Assembly (NCBI GenBank): GCA_963727445.1
Contig: CAVSGI010000009.1
Coordinates: 224,001-288,000 of the forward strand
DNA length: 64,000 nt
Origin: an uncultured delta proteobacterium
Lineage (GTDB): Bacteria; Myxococcota_A; Polyangia; Polyangiales; B10-G4
Direction of reading: 5' to 3'
Below, in pieces: positions 38,640 to 49,557 of the stretch (position 1 is the stretch's first letter; each line of letters begins with the position of its first letter). A program made the position numbers and the translations under genes. The notes under the pieces were generated by a model that worked only from the letters and a program-made list of their open reading frames with translations, made no database searches and had not been told where the DNA came from.

Positions 38640-40694
38640 ATGATGGGCAGAGGATTGCCGCGGCTCGCGGCGACGATGGCGATGTGCGTCTCATGGCTGG
38701 CGTGTGGAAATCCGGACCGCGGGGTCACGGGACCGATGGAGGACGGCGGTGCCGGTGATGATGGAAGCATCCCGCGCACCGACGGGGGGACCCCGCCTCC
38801 ACCGACGATGACCGCTTCTTGCGGTGGAGAGCTCACGGTGGCCGACCGTCTGGTATCGCTCGGGTACGAAGAGGGGCTGCTCCAGCCCTCCACCCGCCGG
38901 GTGATCTCGTTCCCCGAAGAGCTCTCGCCGTCGCTCGGTGCCATGCCGGTGCTGACCCTCACGGAAGAGGGCGGCGGACGAATCGATTCGGTGGCCGTGA
39001 CCGGCGACGTGCCCGACGGGAAGGTGTATGGCGCGACCTATCAACCCACGCTCGATCGCTTCGTGGTGCTCACCTGGACGCGCACGCCGGAGCCACACTA
39101 TGCGCTCGGGGGCGTCGAGCTGACCGAGAGCGAGGCGCGCTTCGTGACCTACGAGCTCGTCGATCCGCTCCCCTCCGATGGCTATCAGATCCAGGACATC
39201 TACGCGATCTCCGGGCCTCGTGTCGCCATGCTCCGCGGGATCGACACGCTGTATCAGGTGGTCATCGACGGTGAGACGGCCACCTTCTCGTCACCGATGC
39301 CCGTCGATACCGCAGCGCTCCCCTCGACCGTCGTGCCGGACGCCGATCACGATCGGCTCATCGGCTACGGCCTCTCCTACGATCCGATGATGCCGTTCGA
39401 AGATGCGTTCGTGCCCTACGTCGCGACGCTCTCTCTCGAGACGGGTGGGGCCTGGGTGGAGCTCGCGGCGTCGGGGGAGGTGCCAGAGACGCTGCACGGA
39501 GCGGATGCATCCTCCTTCTACGAGCCCTACGCCGCCTACGACCCGAGCCGCCAACGGCTCACCGTCGCCCACGCGCGCTGGGAGGACGATCCCTTCTTCC
39601 CGGGGGAACGCACCGTTCAGCCGCTGCTCTATTCGCTCGATCTCCGGTCCGGCACCTGGTCGCTGGTCAGCGAAGATCCCGAGCTGGACGTCTACTCTTC
39701 GGGGAGCCCATGGCTCGTCGACCCCGAGATGCACCGGGGGATCGTCGTTCAAGCCGGCCATCTTCGCTCCTTCCATCTCGAGGGCGACATGGTCGGCCGT
39801 TACGAAGCCGAGCCCCTCGAAGGCACCAGCGGCATTCGCTTCATGGTCACCGCTGCTGCGCTACCGGACGGTCGCATCGCAGCCACCGACAGATGGGGCC
39901 GGCTCGTGATCCTCGAGACCGCGGGTGTTCCAGCGTGGTCGGCGGTGGGCGACGCCGAGGTCCCGATCGAAAGCAGAGCCCAGGGCGCGCTGGTCTACGA
40001 CGAGGTCGACGACTCCCTCCTCCTCATCGGTGGCGCCAGCACCGACAGCGATCCCGGCTCGGGCGCGGTGCATCGCATCGCCCTCGACGGAAGCTCGGTG
40101 GAGCTGGTCGCGACCACCGGCGAGCTGCCGCCGCGGACCGGCGCGACGGTGATCGCACACGATGGCGTGGTCTACGTCGCGGGCGGCTGGGTCGCCGGGG
40201 GCGTCGAGGCCGCCACCTACGACGACGTCTGGGCGCTCGATCTCCGCACCCTCGAGTGGAGCCAGCGCGCCACGATCGGCGTGGGGCGCGCCGACATGGG
40301 CGCGCTCGTCAGCGGCGGCGAGCTGTGGCTCATCGGTGGTTGGAACGAGAGCGGATCGTCGACCCTGACCGGCGTCGCCCGCGTCGACGCCGTGGATCTC
40401 TCGACAGGCTCCGTGCGCGAAGTCACCGTCTCTGGCGAATGGCCGGCGCGCAACGGGATCTTCTACGGTGACGGGCAACTCGGCGACGCCTTCTTCACCT
40501 TCGACATCGTCGACGACACCATCGACGGCAACGCGGCCGATCTCTGGCTCCTGATGCCCGACGGCGCCGGCGGTGCCGCCTGGCAGCCGCAGGGCAGCTG
40601 CCTCAGAGACGCGCTCGTCTCCGGCACCATCGGCGTCTCCCTCGGCGATCAGGTCTGGGCCGTCGGTGAGCACGCCTTCTCGGTGAGTCGCTGA
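38640..40694 (+). CDS. Kelch-repeat beta-propeller lipoprotein
   Basis: Lipobox WLAC; LLIGG, YVAGG, WLIGG blades with DVWALDL..W. Confidence 0.82.
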   Translation: MMGRGLPRLAATMAMCVSWLACGNPDRGVTGPMEDGGAGDDGSIPRTDGGTPPPPTMTASCGGELTVADRLVSLGYEEGLLQPSTRRVISFPEELSPSLGAMPVLTLTEEGGGRIDSVAVTGDVPDGKVYGATYQPTLDRFVVLTWTRTPEPHYALGGVELTESEARFVTYELVDPLPSDGYQIQDIYAISGPRVAMLRGIDTLYQVVIDGETATFSSPMPVDTAALPSTVVPDADHDRLIGYGLSYDPMMPFEDAFVPYVATLSLETGGAWVELAASGEVPETLHGADASSFYEPYAAYDPSRQRLTVAHARWEDDPFFPGERTVQPLLYSLDLRSGTWSLVSEDPELDVYSSGSPWLVDPEMHRGIVVQAGHLRSFHLEGDMVGRYEAEPLEGTSGIRFMVTAAALPDGRIAATDRWGRLVILETAGVPAWSAVGDAEVPIESRAQGALVYDEVDDSLLLIGGASTDSDPGSGAVHRIALDGSSVELVATTGELPPRTGATVIAHDGVVYVAGGWVAGGVEAATYDDVWALDLRTLEWSQRATIGVGRADMGALVSGGELWLIGGWNESGSSTLTGVARVDAVDLSTGSVREVTVSGEWPARNGIFYGDGQLGDAFFTFDIVDDTIDGNAADLWLLMPDGAGGAAWQPQGSCLRDALVSGTIGVSLGDQVWAVGEHAFSVSR

Positions 40695-40725
40695 GTCAGC
40701 TCCTGCCGCGGGCGATACCAGCGCT

Positions 40726-42057
40726 TCAGCCGAAGAGGCTCGCGATCCAGTAGCCGAGGCCGACCGCGCCTGCGGCCGCGAGGGCCACGAGCATCAAGAA
40801 GACCGCGCCCGTGAACATCCTTCGTCGCGAGGCGCTCGTGTCTTCGTGCAGCGCAGCCAGGGGCGGAGGGGCTGCTCGTGGCACCGGAGTGTCCAGGTCG
40901 GAGACGTCGAGGATGCGCGTCTCGGCGCCGTCGATGGGCGGCAGCTCCTCCACGTCGGTGATCTCGTCGGTGTCGTCGAGCGGGATGATCTCCGCCATCG
41001 ACACGAGCTGGGTCTTCACCCGCATCCCGGACTGATTGGACACTCCGGGCGGAGCCTCGTCGCTCAGCACGTGCGCGCGGAGCCGCTCGTGATCCGCGAT
41101 CTCGTTCGCGAACTCCCAACGCATCCACTGCGCGCGATCACTCGGGTCGGTCGACACGCCCAGGCTGGCGACCGCGTCACGGAGCTCGCGAGCCATCGTC
41201 CGCGCGGTGGCGGTTCGCGTGTCGCGATTCCGAGAGAGTGCACGCAGGACCGCGGCGTCGAGGGCGGCGGGTACGAAAGGGTTCGCCTGCGAAGGTGGCT
41301 GAATCACCTGATCGCGAACCGCGCGGAGCGTGGGGAGCGCCCCCTTGCATCGAAAGAGGAAGCCACCGCTCAGCGACTCCCAGAGCGTGACGCCCACGGC
41401 CCAGATGTCGACACGGCGATCGAGATCGGCGCCGACGATCTGCTCGGGGGCGACATAGCTCATCTTGCCCTTGAGGATGCCGACGGCGGTCTTCTCGCGT
41501 TCGGCGGCCTTCGCGATGCCGAAGTCGATGACGCGCACCGTGCCGTCGTAGAGGACGACGATGTTGTGGGGCGAGACGTCGCGGTGAATGGCCTCGAGGG
41601 GCTTGTCGTCGATGCCCACCGCCTCGTGCGCGGCGTGAAGCCCATCGAGTACGTCTGCGGCGATGCTGGTCGCGAAGGCCACCCACTCCGGCGTGCGTAT
41701 TCGACGCTCGCGTGCCCGCTTGCGAAAGAGCGTCCAGAGCGTCTCGCCGGCGAGGAGCTCCTGGACCATGTAGTAGAGCCCGTCCTCCTCGTCCCAGCTC
41801 TCGACCGTGCAGACATTCGGGTGATGGATTTGAGAAGCGAGTCGGGCCTCGTCGAGAAACATCTCGACGTAGAGGGGATCGCTGCTCAGGTGCTCGTGCA
41901 TCACCTTGAGCGCCACCAGCCGATCGCCGTCGACGTCCCGCGCCAGGTACACCGAGGCCATGCCGCCCCGCCCCACCTCACGATGGAGCTCGAAGCGGCC
42001 CAGGCGGCGCCCTTCGAGCGCTCGCGGGCCATGCAGCGGTACCTCGGGACCCACCAT
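40726..42057 (-). CDS. Hanks-type Ser/Thr protein kinase with a C-terminal TM
   Basis: GRGGMASVY, VALK, HRDVSPHN, DFGIAK, APE, DIWAVG. Confidence 0.95.
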   Translation of the reverse strand: MVGPEVPLHGPRALEGRRLGRFELHREVGRGGMASVYLARDVDGDRLVALKVMHEHLSSDPLYVEMFLDEARLASQIHHPNVCTVESWDEEDGLYYMVQELLAGETLWTLFRKRARERRIRTPEWVAFATSIAADVLDGLHAAHEAVGIDDKPLEAIHRDVSPHNIVVLYDGTVRVIDFGIAKAAEREKTAVGILKGKMSYVAPEQIVGADLDRRVDIWAVGVTLWESLSGGFLFRCKGALPTLRAVRDQVIQPPSQANPFVPAALDAAVLRALSRNRDTRTATARTMARELRDAVASLGVSTDPSDRAQWMRWEFANEIADHERLRAHVLSDEAPPGVSNQSGMRVKTQLVSMAEIIPLDDTDEITDVEELPPIDGAETRILDVSDLDTPVPRAAPPPLAALHEDTSASRRRMFTGAVFLMLVALAAAGAVGLGYWIASLFG

Positions 42058-42159
42058 GTCGGCTGCGGGTTCCCCCAGCAGAGCGGCCTGGTCAATCCCC
42101 GCGCCGCAGGATTAAGTCGTCTTTCGCCGCACCGTCCTCGTTCCCGGACCCATCGGCGT

Positions 42160-42838
42160 TCAGGGGATCGTCGCCGGGTCGTCGCAGAACGCCCAGAAGC
42201 CGCTGTCGGGTGCGATGTCCTGACAGATGCTCCCGCCAGCCGTTTGCAGGACACCCGATTGGAGGAAGAAGGTGTTACCAGCGGTGACGACGCCGTCCGT
42301 GAAGCGGATGATGAAATCGTCCCCGGTGGTGAAAGTGGTGTTCGTCGCGTCGAAGACGCCTTCGAAGAGTTGATCCGGCACGCTGTCGTGCTCTTGCACG
42401 GTCGCGGTGCCCAACGCGTCCGTTCCGTCGAAGGCGGAGAGCTGAAGGAACCAGGAGTAGAAGAGCCCCAGCGAGGGCGTGATCGAATCCCCCATGTGGA
42501 CGATGACGAAGTACGTCCCGTCGGGCTCCACGCCGCAATCCGCGCTGATGATGTCGAGCTTGGGATCTCCCGCTGCAGGTCGCGTCATCCGAAGGGTCGG
42601 TTCCCGCGACGGTCGGTGCTGGCGGGATGGTGTCGCTGCTGACCCGTGTGTCCACCGAAGCCTCCAAAACATCTGTCGCCGCATCCATCACATCGGGCGT
42701 GGCGTCCCCCGCGTCCGGATGGCGATCCACGGTATCGGGGGCAGCGTCCATCGGGGGCGGCGGGGGCTCGTCCGTAGGACAGCCGCCGAGGATTGAGAGG
42801 AGCGGAGCGAGGAGGAGCAGTTGGAGGCACCGGTTCAT
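42160..42838 (-). pseudogene. Lipoprotein split by an apparent +1 frameshift at about 42568-42571 (pseudogene or assembly error)
   Basis: Frame A: lipobox LGGC..DDATCSG; frame B: DPKLDIISADCG..FWAFCDDP; junction GGG-A-GAT. Confidence 0.7.
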
Positions 42839-42856
42839 CGAGATTCATGCTACCCG

Positions 42857-43105
42857 ATGAGCCGCCGAGGGTCGCGCGACAACTCCCAAGGGCAGTTGGG
42901 CGACGGCACCACCGTAGCCCGGACCTCCTTCGCGTCGGCTACGATTCCCACCACCGCACACGACATCACGGCTGGCGCCATGCACACCTGTGTGGTGGAC
43001 ATCGTCGGCGACGTCTACTGCTGGGGCGCCAACGATTGGGGTCAGCTCGGCGACGGGTCGATGACCCGGCGGCTCAGCGCGGTGTCCGTGGCGGGGCTGC
43101 GCTGA
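42857..43105 (+). pseudogene. RCC1-repeat 3' remnant (about 1.5 repeats)
   Basis: NSQGQLGDG..ITAGAMHTCVV..VYCWGANDWGQLGDG; no signal peptide; too short for a propeller. Confidence 0.72.
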
Positions 43106-43111
43106 GTCGGG

Positions 43112-44500
43112 TCAGAGCAGCGGGGCCATCAACCAGCACAGACGCGCTGCCAGCCTGCGGAGGGTCGTGAGCTCGTCGTATTCGTAACCCGTGATCGAAG
43201 TCGCGTTTTCGAAATCCCGACTGAGCATGTCGGCGACCTGGCTGGCGAAGGTTTCGCTCCGGACGACGGCGCCGATCTCGAAGTTGAGCGCGATCGAGCG
43301 GTAGTCGAGGTTGGCGGATCCGATCATCGCCGTATGGTCGTCGACCAGCACCACCTTCTGATGCATGAAGCCCGCGTTGGCCCGAAAGAAGTGAACACCG
43401 CTGTCGGTGTGATCCTTCAAGCAGACCAGTGCGGCGAGGGTGGAGACCAGGTGGTCGCTCGCGTGGGGCAGGAGGATGCGTACGTCGACGCCGCGCCTCG
43501 CTGCGAGCCGCAGCGCGAGGTCCACGCCCGGCGTCGGGACGAAGTAAGGCGAGGTGATCCAGAGCCGCTGGCGAGCCTCAGCGAACAGCGCGGCGAAGCC
43601 GAGGCCCAGCGCGGGATGCTCCGCCAGGGGCCCGGTGGCGAAGATCAACGCCTCGTCCTCGCCCGCGGGCGCGTCGTGTTCCGCGAGCTCGGGCGTCGAG
43701 CCGCTGGCCCACTGCCAGTCCAGCATCCACGCCGACTGCACGTCGGCGACCGCCGGGCCTTCGATGCGCAGATGCGTGTCGCGCCACGGGGACAGGCGAG
43801 GATCGTCGCCCAAGTACTCGTCCCCGACGTTCAGGCCGCCGATGAAGGCGACGCGGCCATCGACCACCACGATCTTTCGATGGTTGCGGAAGTTGAACCC
43901 GAGTCGACCGGCCCAGCCGCCGCGCGATCCGAAGGCATGGGTTTCGATGCCCGCGCCCTGCAGGCGACGGACGTAGCTCTTGATGCTCGGTCCCGATCCG
44001 ACCTCGTCGTAGAGGACCCGCACGTTCGCGCCGCGACCCACGGCCTCGATCAGGGCGTCGGCGAACTTCCCGCCGATGTCGTCGTCGCGCAGGGTGTAGA
44101 AGGAGACGCAAACGAAACTCTCCGCCCGGGTGATCGCGTCGAAGATCGCTTCGAAGGTGGCCTCCCCGTCGATGAGCAGGTCGAGGCGAACACCCGAACG
44201 AAACGGGCTGAGCGCGATGCGCTCGAAGACGGAGTCTCCCCCCGCGCGCTTCTGCTGCGCGATCCCATGGCGCCGCAGGCGTCGCTCGTAGGCGCCGAGG
44301 CGATGATGTCCGAGCACCAGATAAGCGGGCACGGCGACCCAAGGAACGAAGACAAGGGCGAGGGCCCAGGCGATCGCGCCCTGAGGTGTTCGCACTCGAA
44401 ACACGCTGTGTGCGGCGGCGGAGAGACCGGCTAGGTGGATCACCGCCAGCAGCAGCGCCCACACGACACGAATGTCCAGCTCGACCACGCCCCACATCAC
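43112..44500 (-). CDS. cls: Cardiolipin synthase
   Basis: N-terminal TMs; two HKD motifs, NHRKIVVVDG and MHQKVVLVDD; GSANLDYRS. Confidence 0.93.
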   Translation of the reverse strand: MMWGVVELDIRVVWALLLAVIHLAGLSAAAHSVFRVRTPQGAIAWALALVFVPWVAVPAYLVLGHHRLGAYERRLRRHGIAQQKRAGGDSVFERIALSPFRSGVRLDLLIDGEATFEAIFDAITRAESFVCVSFYTLRDDDIGGKFADALIEAVGRGANVRVLYDEVGSGPSIKSYVRRLQGAGIETHAFGSRGGWAGRLGFNFRNHRKIVVVDGRVAFIGGLNVGDEYLGDDPRLSPWRDTHLRIEGPAVADVQSAWMLDWQWASGSTPELAEHDAPAGEDEALIFATGPLAEHPALGLGFAALFAEARQRLWITSPYFVPTPGVDLALRLAARRGVDVRILLPHASDHLVSTLAALVCLKDHTDSGVHFFRANAGFMHQKVVLVDDHTAMIGSANLDYRSIALNFEIGAVVRSETFASQVADMLSRDFENATSITGYEYDELTTLRRLAARLCWLMAPLL

Positions 44501-44561
44501 CGCGACCCTACAGCAAGCGGCGGGCCGATGTGATTATCCTCGCCGTCCAGCGGAGGTGCGC

Positions 44562-45416
44562 ATGAAGCTCGATCAGGTCGTCCAATTCGTGGAGTCATAC
44601 CTGTCTCCCAGCACCTGGACGGGTGCGATGGCTCTCCTTCTGATCACGGTGGTGGTCACGTGGCTCTTCGAGCGAATGCTCGGCCGTTACCTTCGCAAGG
44701 CGTATCAGGGGGCAAAGCCCGAGGAGCACCCGGCCCGATTCTTCGTCTATCAACTCTTCCGAGCGGGGGTGTGGCTCTTCGCCGCCGTCCTCTATGCCCA
44801 TGCGGTGCCAGCGTTGCGCTCCATCGGGACGGCCCTCTTGGCCAGCGCGAGCGTGGTGTCCATCGTGCTCGGAATCGCGGCGCAGAACACGCTGGGTAAC
44901 TTGATAGCCGGTGCCTCCCTCCTGATCTATCGCCCCTTCGTCGTGGGGGATCGGATCCAGATCACGGCCCCGACCGGTGTCGAGCTCGGCACGGTGGAGC
45001 GAATCTCGCTCGGATACACGACGGTCAAGACCTTCGACAACAGGCGGATCGTTCTGTCGAACAGCGCGATCGCGAATCAGCCGACCATCAATCACACGAG
45101 CGTCGACCCGCGCGTCCTCGCCATCATCCCGGTGTCCATCTCCTACACCTCCGATGTCGATGCCGCTCGCGCCATCCTCCTCGAGCTCGCCGCCGCTCAC
45201 GAGAAGGTCGAAGAGGTCGTCAGCTGCCCGGTGGTCACGCTCGGTGCGAGCTCCGTCGACATGTCGCTCCGCGTGTGGACCGCGAGCTCGGACGATGCGT
45301 TTGCGGTCAAGTTCGAGCTCCTCGAGCGCGCGAAGCAGCGCTTCGAGGCGGCGGGTGTCGAGATCCCGTACCCGTATCAGAACGTCGTGCTGCACCAGGT
45401 GGACGACGCTGCGTGA
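44562..45416 (+). CDS. mscS: Small-conductance mechanosensitive channel
   Basis: LGIAAQNTLGNLIAG, RPFVVGDRI, GVEIPYP; GGAGG RBS. Confidence 0.93.
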   Translation: MKLDQVVQFVESYLSPSTWTGAMALLLITVVVTWLFERMLGRYLRKAYQGAKPEEHPARFFVYQLFRAGVWLFAAVLYAHAVPALRSIGTALLASASVVSIVLGIAAQNTLGNLIAGASLLIYRPFVVGDRIQITAPTGVELGTVERISLGYTTVKTFDNRRIVLSNSAIANQPTINHTSVDPRVLAIIPVSISYTSDVDAARAILLELAAAHEKVEEVVSCPVVTLGASSVDMSLRVWTASSDDAFAVKFELLERAKQRFEAAGVEIPYPYQNVVLHQVDDAA

Positions 45417-45485
45417 CCGGTGAGCTCGCGAGCGTTCGCGAGATCCGCGATCCACACAGGTGAGCTCTGGGGTTAGGCTAGCGCC

Positions 45486-46790
45486 ATGTCGGGGTCGGAC
45501 GAGAGCGCGGACGCGGGTGAACGCACCCTCGGGTTCTGGGCGACGGTCTCCATCGGCGTGGGTGGGATGGTCGGCGGGGGCATCTTCGCGGTGCTCGGTC
45601 TGGCGGTGTCGTTGGCCCAGGGTGGGACGCCCATCGCCTTCACGGTCGCCGGACTGGTCGCGCTGGTCACCGCCTATTCCTACGCGCGGCTTTCGGTCCA
45701 TTTCCAGAGCCAGGGCGGAACGGTGGTCTTCGTCGATCGCGCCTTCGGCCGAGGGCTCCTCACAGGCAGCCTCAATACGCTCCTCTGGACGAGCTACGTC
45801 GTCATGCTCGCGCTCTACTCCTACGCCTTCGGCAGTTACGGGGCGACGTTCTTCCCGAACGGCGGCGCGCTGGTTCGGCACGGGTTGATCACCGCCGGGA
45901 TCCTGGTGCCGACGGTGCTCAACATGCTCGCCGCTTCCGTCGTCGGGAAGGCAGAGACCTGGATCGTCGCGATCAAGATCACGATCCTCACGGTCTTCGT
46001 GGTGGTGGGCGCGTTTCAGGTGGATCCCGCGCGCCTCGCGCCCTCCACCTGGGCCGGCCCCGTGCATCTGATCGCGGGTGGGATGATCATCTTCCTCGCC
46101 TACGAAGGCTTCGAGCTGATGGCGAACGCGGCGGAGGACGTGCGCGATCCGAAGAAGACCCTGCCCCGCGCCTTCTTCACGACCGTGGTCTTCGTCATCG
46201 TCCTCTACGTGCTGGTCTCGTTGGTGACCGTCGGGTCCATGCAGCTCTCCGACATCATCGACGCGAAGGACTACGCGCTCGCGGAGGCCGCGCGTCCTTC
46301 GCTCGGTTCGGTCGGCTTCGAGATCATCGGCGTCGCGGCGATGCTCAGCACGTTTTCCGCGATCAACGCGACGCTCTACGGGGCGGCGCGTCTCAGCTAC
46401 ACCATCGCCAAGGAGGGAGAGCTGCCGGAGGCGCTCGAGAAGAAGGTCTGGAACCGTCCGATCGAAGGCCTCCTGGTCACGGCCGTCCTGTCCACCGCTC
46501 TCGCCAACCTCGCCGACCTCTCGAGCATCTCGATGATGGGCAGCGCCGGGTTCCTGCTGGTCTTCGCCGTGGTCAACGCCTCTGCCGCCAAGCTCTCGAA
46601 GGAGATCGGCGCGAGAAAGAGCCTGGCCATCGGGGGCGTGGTCGCGTGCGTGGCCGCCCTGGGTGCGCTGGTCTGGCAGACCATCGAGAACCATCCGATG
46701 CATCTCCTGGTGCTCGCCGGGATGCTCCTGCTCTCCTTCCTGGTGGAGCTGGGCTATCGCGAGCTTCGCGACCACGAGCTCAGCCTCTGA
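45486..46790 (+). CDS. APC family amino-acid permease
   Basis: GGMVGGGIF, FLAYEGFE, about 12 TM. Confidence 0.93.
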   Translation: MSGSDESADAGERTLGFWATVSIGVGGMVGGGIFAVLGLAVSLAQGGTPIAFTVAGLVALVTAYSYARLSVHFQSQGGTVVFVDRAFGRGLLTGSLNTLLWTSYVVMLALYSYAFGSYGATFFPNGGALVRHGLITAGILVPTVLNMLAASVVGKAETWIVAIKITILTVFVVVGAFQVDPARLAPSTWAGPVHLIAGGMIIFLAYEGFELMANAAEDVRDPKKTLPRAFFTTVVFVIVLYVLVSLVTVGSMQLSDIIDAKDYALAEAARPSLGSVGFEIIGVAAMLSTFSAINATLYGAARLSYTIAKEGELPEALEKKVWNRPIEGLLVTAVLSTALANLADLSSISMMGSAGFLLVFAVVNASAAKLSKEIGARKSLAIGGVVACVAALGALVWQTIENHPMHLLVLAGMLLLSFLVELGYRELRDHELSL

Positions 46791-47332
46791 GTCGCGGACC
46801 TGTGGTGGGCCCGTTCGCGAGCGAGGCGGAGGAAGCTCCAGCCTCTCTTCGAGACAAACCACGAGATGGGCAAGGCGGGCCAGAAGATCCAAGGCCACTC
46901 CTGAGCCCAGCGCGGCGATGTCTCCGCCACCGTCAGGTCGAAGCCGGTGTGCGCTTCACCGGCGGGGCCGTCGACGTCTACGTCGATCCGCCACCGGCCC
47001 GACCTCGGCAGGTCGACGATGGCCGCTGAGTAGAGCTTGTTCGTCGCGAGGTCTCGGCTCGCCCGCGCTTCGATCGGCGCATCGCCCCGTGGCGGCCGCG
47101 CGCGGACGACCACCGTCGCGTCTCTGTCGACCTCGCCGCTCGAGGCGTCCTGCACCAGCACGCTCACGTCGAGGGCGGCCGCGCGCGGCGGCGTCGGCGT
47201 GGTGAAGACGGTGACCCGGTAGTGGCCACGCACATCCGAGACGCGCACCGTTCCGCCGTCGGCCTCGGCGCGGTGAGCCGCCACGAGCATCAGCACGGCG
47301 ACGCCGAGCATCGACGCGACCCGTCGCCTCAC
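46754..47332 (-). CDS. Secreted YtkA/FixH-like Ig-fold protein with a C-terminal anchor
   Basis: GTG overlapping the restored FesM stop; signal ..AEA/DGG; VTVFTTPTP, ATNKLY, GRW. Confidence 0.7.
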   Translation of the reverse strand: MRRRVASMLGVAVLMLVAAHRAEADGGTVRVSDVRGHYRVTVFTTPTPPRAAALDVSVLVQDASSGEVDRDATVVVRARPPRGDAPIEARASRDLATNKLYSAAIVDLPRSGRWRIDVDVDGPAGEAHTGFDLTVAETSPRWAQEWPWIFWPALPISWFVSKRGWSFLRLARERAHHRSATQRLSSWSRSSR

Positions 47333-49555
47333 GACATCCCCCGCATCGCCATCGGAGACAGCAGCGTCCAGACCCCGGCCGCGTAGAGCCCGATCATCAG
47401 CACGCCCCAGGGAAGCGCCGCCAGGAGCGCCTTGCCTTCGGCGGCGTGCGCGCGTCCGTTTCGGTAGGCCGCGTAGAGCCCGCCGAGGAGCCCGAGCCGC
47501 GAGGAGGAGGAGCTCGGTGTGGAGGATCCACGGCGCGGCGCTGGCGTTCATCGCCATGATCGGCATGCGGCCGAGGAAGCGGCCCGCGACCGGGAACACC
47601 GCGCCCAGACCGGTGAGGAAGTGAAACGCGGTGTGCGCCGCCCACATCCCGAGCCCGAGCGGGACGAGCGCCCGGACGAAGCGTCCAGCGACGACTCGCA
47701 CCGACCCTCGCGCGCCGCCGAAGCGCTTCGAGAGCCATGCGCTGGCGCTCACGAAGAGCAGGGGCGCGACGAGGAGACCGACCGCGAGCTCCGCCCCCAC
47801 CACCAGCGGGCGCGGCCACCCCGACGCTTCGACGAGGCGATCCTCGAGGGCCAAGGCAGGGCCCACCATGGCCGCCGCGTTCACGAAGCCGCCGAAGACG
47901 AGGACGGAGACCAGGGCGGTGAGATCGAGGCGATCCGCGAAGCGGCCGACGCCGGAACGGCGCGGCGGATCGCGAACCAGATCGAGCCCCGGCGTGACCG
48001 ACGCGAGGGTCACGTTGTCGTGTGGACACGCGCGGGCGCAGTCGAGGCAGAAGGTGCAGTCCATGTTTCCCGACTTCAGCGGGACGAAGAGGTCGGTTTG
48101 GCAGCCGGGGCTCGAAGCGCTCCCGCGCACGCACTCGTGCGTCGTGCAGCTGGCGCAGACGTCTTCGCTTCGAGCTCTCACCTCCGAGGGAGAGACGAGC
48201 GCGTGGACGAAATCGAACTGCCCTATCGGGCAGACGTGCTTGCAGAAGGCCGCCCCGTCGAAGAGTGCGTCCACCACCGCTGCGCCCACGAAGTAGGCGA
48301 CGATGAGCCACGCCGTCCAGAAGGGGCTCGACCAGAGCGAGAGCGCCTCGTAGGCCCAGAGAAAGAGGACCAGCAGCGCGATCGCGACCCACTTGTTCCG
48401 CAGGACACGCGGCCAGCGGCGGCGCCGAAACGGAAGCAGGCGCGTGAGCTTTCGGGAGAGCGTGAAGGGGCAGACGCCGCAGAAGAGGTTGCCGGCGAAG
48501 AGGATTCCGATCACCAAGAGCCCGCGAAAGTAGATCCAGGGTCCGACGCCGGCGGCGTTCATGGGCGGCAGCTGTGGGCCGAGGAGCCCATCGGCGACGA
48601 CCAGCGCCGCGAGCGCGAAGAGCGCGAGCTGAGCGAGGATCCGCGGTCGCCTCGCGCTCAGAAGGCGTCCCACGTTCCCCCGCGACCCGCGCTCGCGCGT
48701 CGCTCGTGGTTCGACGATCACCGGCAGGCGGCGTGGCCGCACGCGTCGCGACGCGAGGAGCTCGGGGATCAGTCGTACCGCGGCGAGCAGGTACGCGACG
48801 CACCCGAAGACCCAGAGGAGCGCGCCCGCCATCGCCTGATCATCGAGCGCGTTCGTGCCCAGCACCCGCGGCACGCGTGCGTAGTGTGGATAGAGAACCC
48901 GAGAGGCGAAGGTGATGAAGGAGGCGAGCGCCGTTCCCTGAACGCCGGCGACGAGGAGATAGGGGATCAGCCACCAGCGATCGGGCGCGCGGCGGCTGCT
49001 GGGCCAGGGCGCGATCACCGGCCACCAGAAAAGGAGGGCGGCGCCGAAGAACGCAGCGTGCTCGGTGTAGTGCCAGGGCTGTGAGCGGAGCGTCAGCTCG
49101 TACACGCCCGGGAGGTGCCAGACCCAGCTCACCACGGTGAAGACCAAGAGGCGCATGGGGAGCGTGGCGGCGCTGCGCACCCACTCGGCGAGCGGGCTCG
49201 TCATCACTTCGGTGGCGGCCGGTCGCAAGAGGCGCGGCAGCCCGTGCACAAGGGGCAGCCCCGGCGCTCCGCCGGCCACCAGGATCGGCGCCAGCACCAT
49301 CAGGAGCAGGTGCTGGATCATGTGCACGGAGAGCAGGAGATCCGAGAGCGGGTCGATGGGAGAAGCGAGGGCGACGAAGAGCACGCCGAGACCCATGCTG
49401 AAGAGGGCCAGCCGGCGCCGCGACACCACGCCCGCGCCGCGCGCGCGCAGGCGCAGATAGCCGCGAATGTAGATCCAGGCGACGAGCGCCACAGGCACGA
49501 CGACCGAGGCGTCCATGGGCCACGAAGCGAGGATCGACGCCCACGTCGCGTCCAT
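47329..49555 (-). CDS. ctaG: CtaG (caa3 assembly)-FesM (NapH/CcoG-like 4Fe-4S membrane) fusion with an apparent +1 frameshift at about 47497
   Basis: SVHMIQHLLL, WH.P, DDQAMAG; FCGVCP, FCKHVCP, CASCTTHEC, CTFCLDCARACP; tail LPWGV..GVWTLLSPMAMRGMS* is in another frame. Confidence 0.85.
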
Positions 49556-49557
49556 GC

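Noticed and set aside
46754..49555. 933-aa triple fusion
   Set aside because: Frameshift at about 47497; the last module has its own GTG and signal peptide
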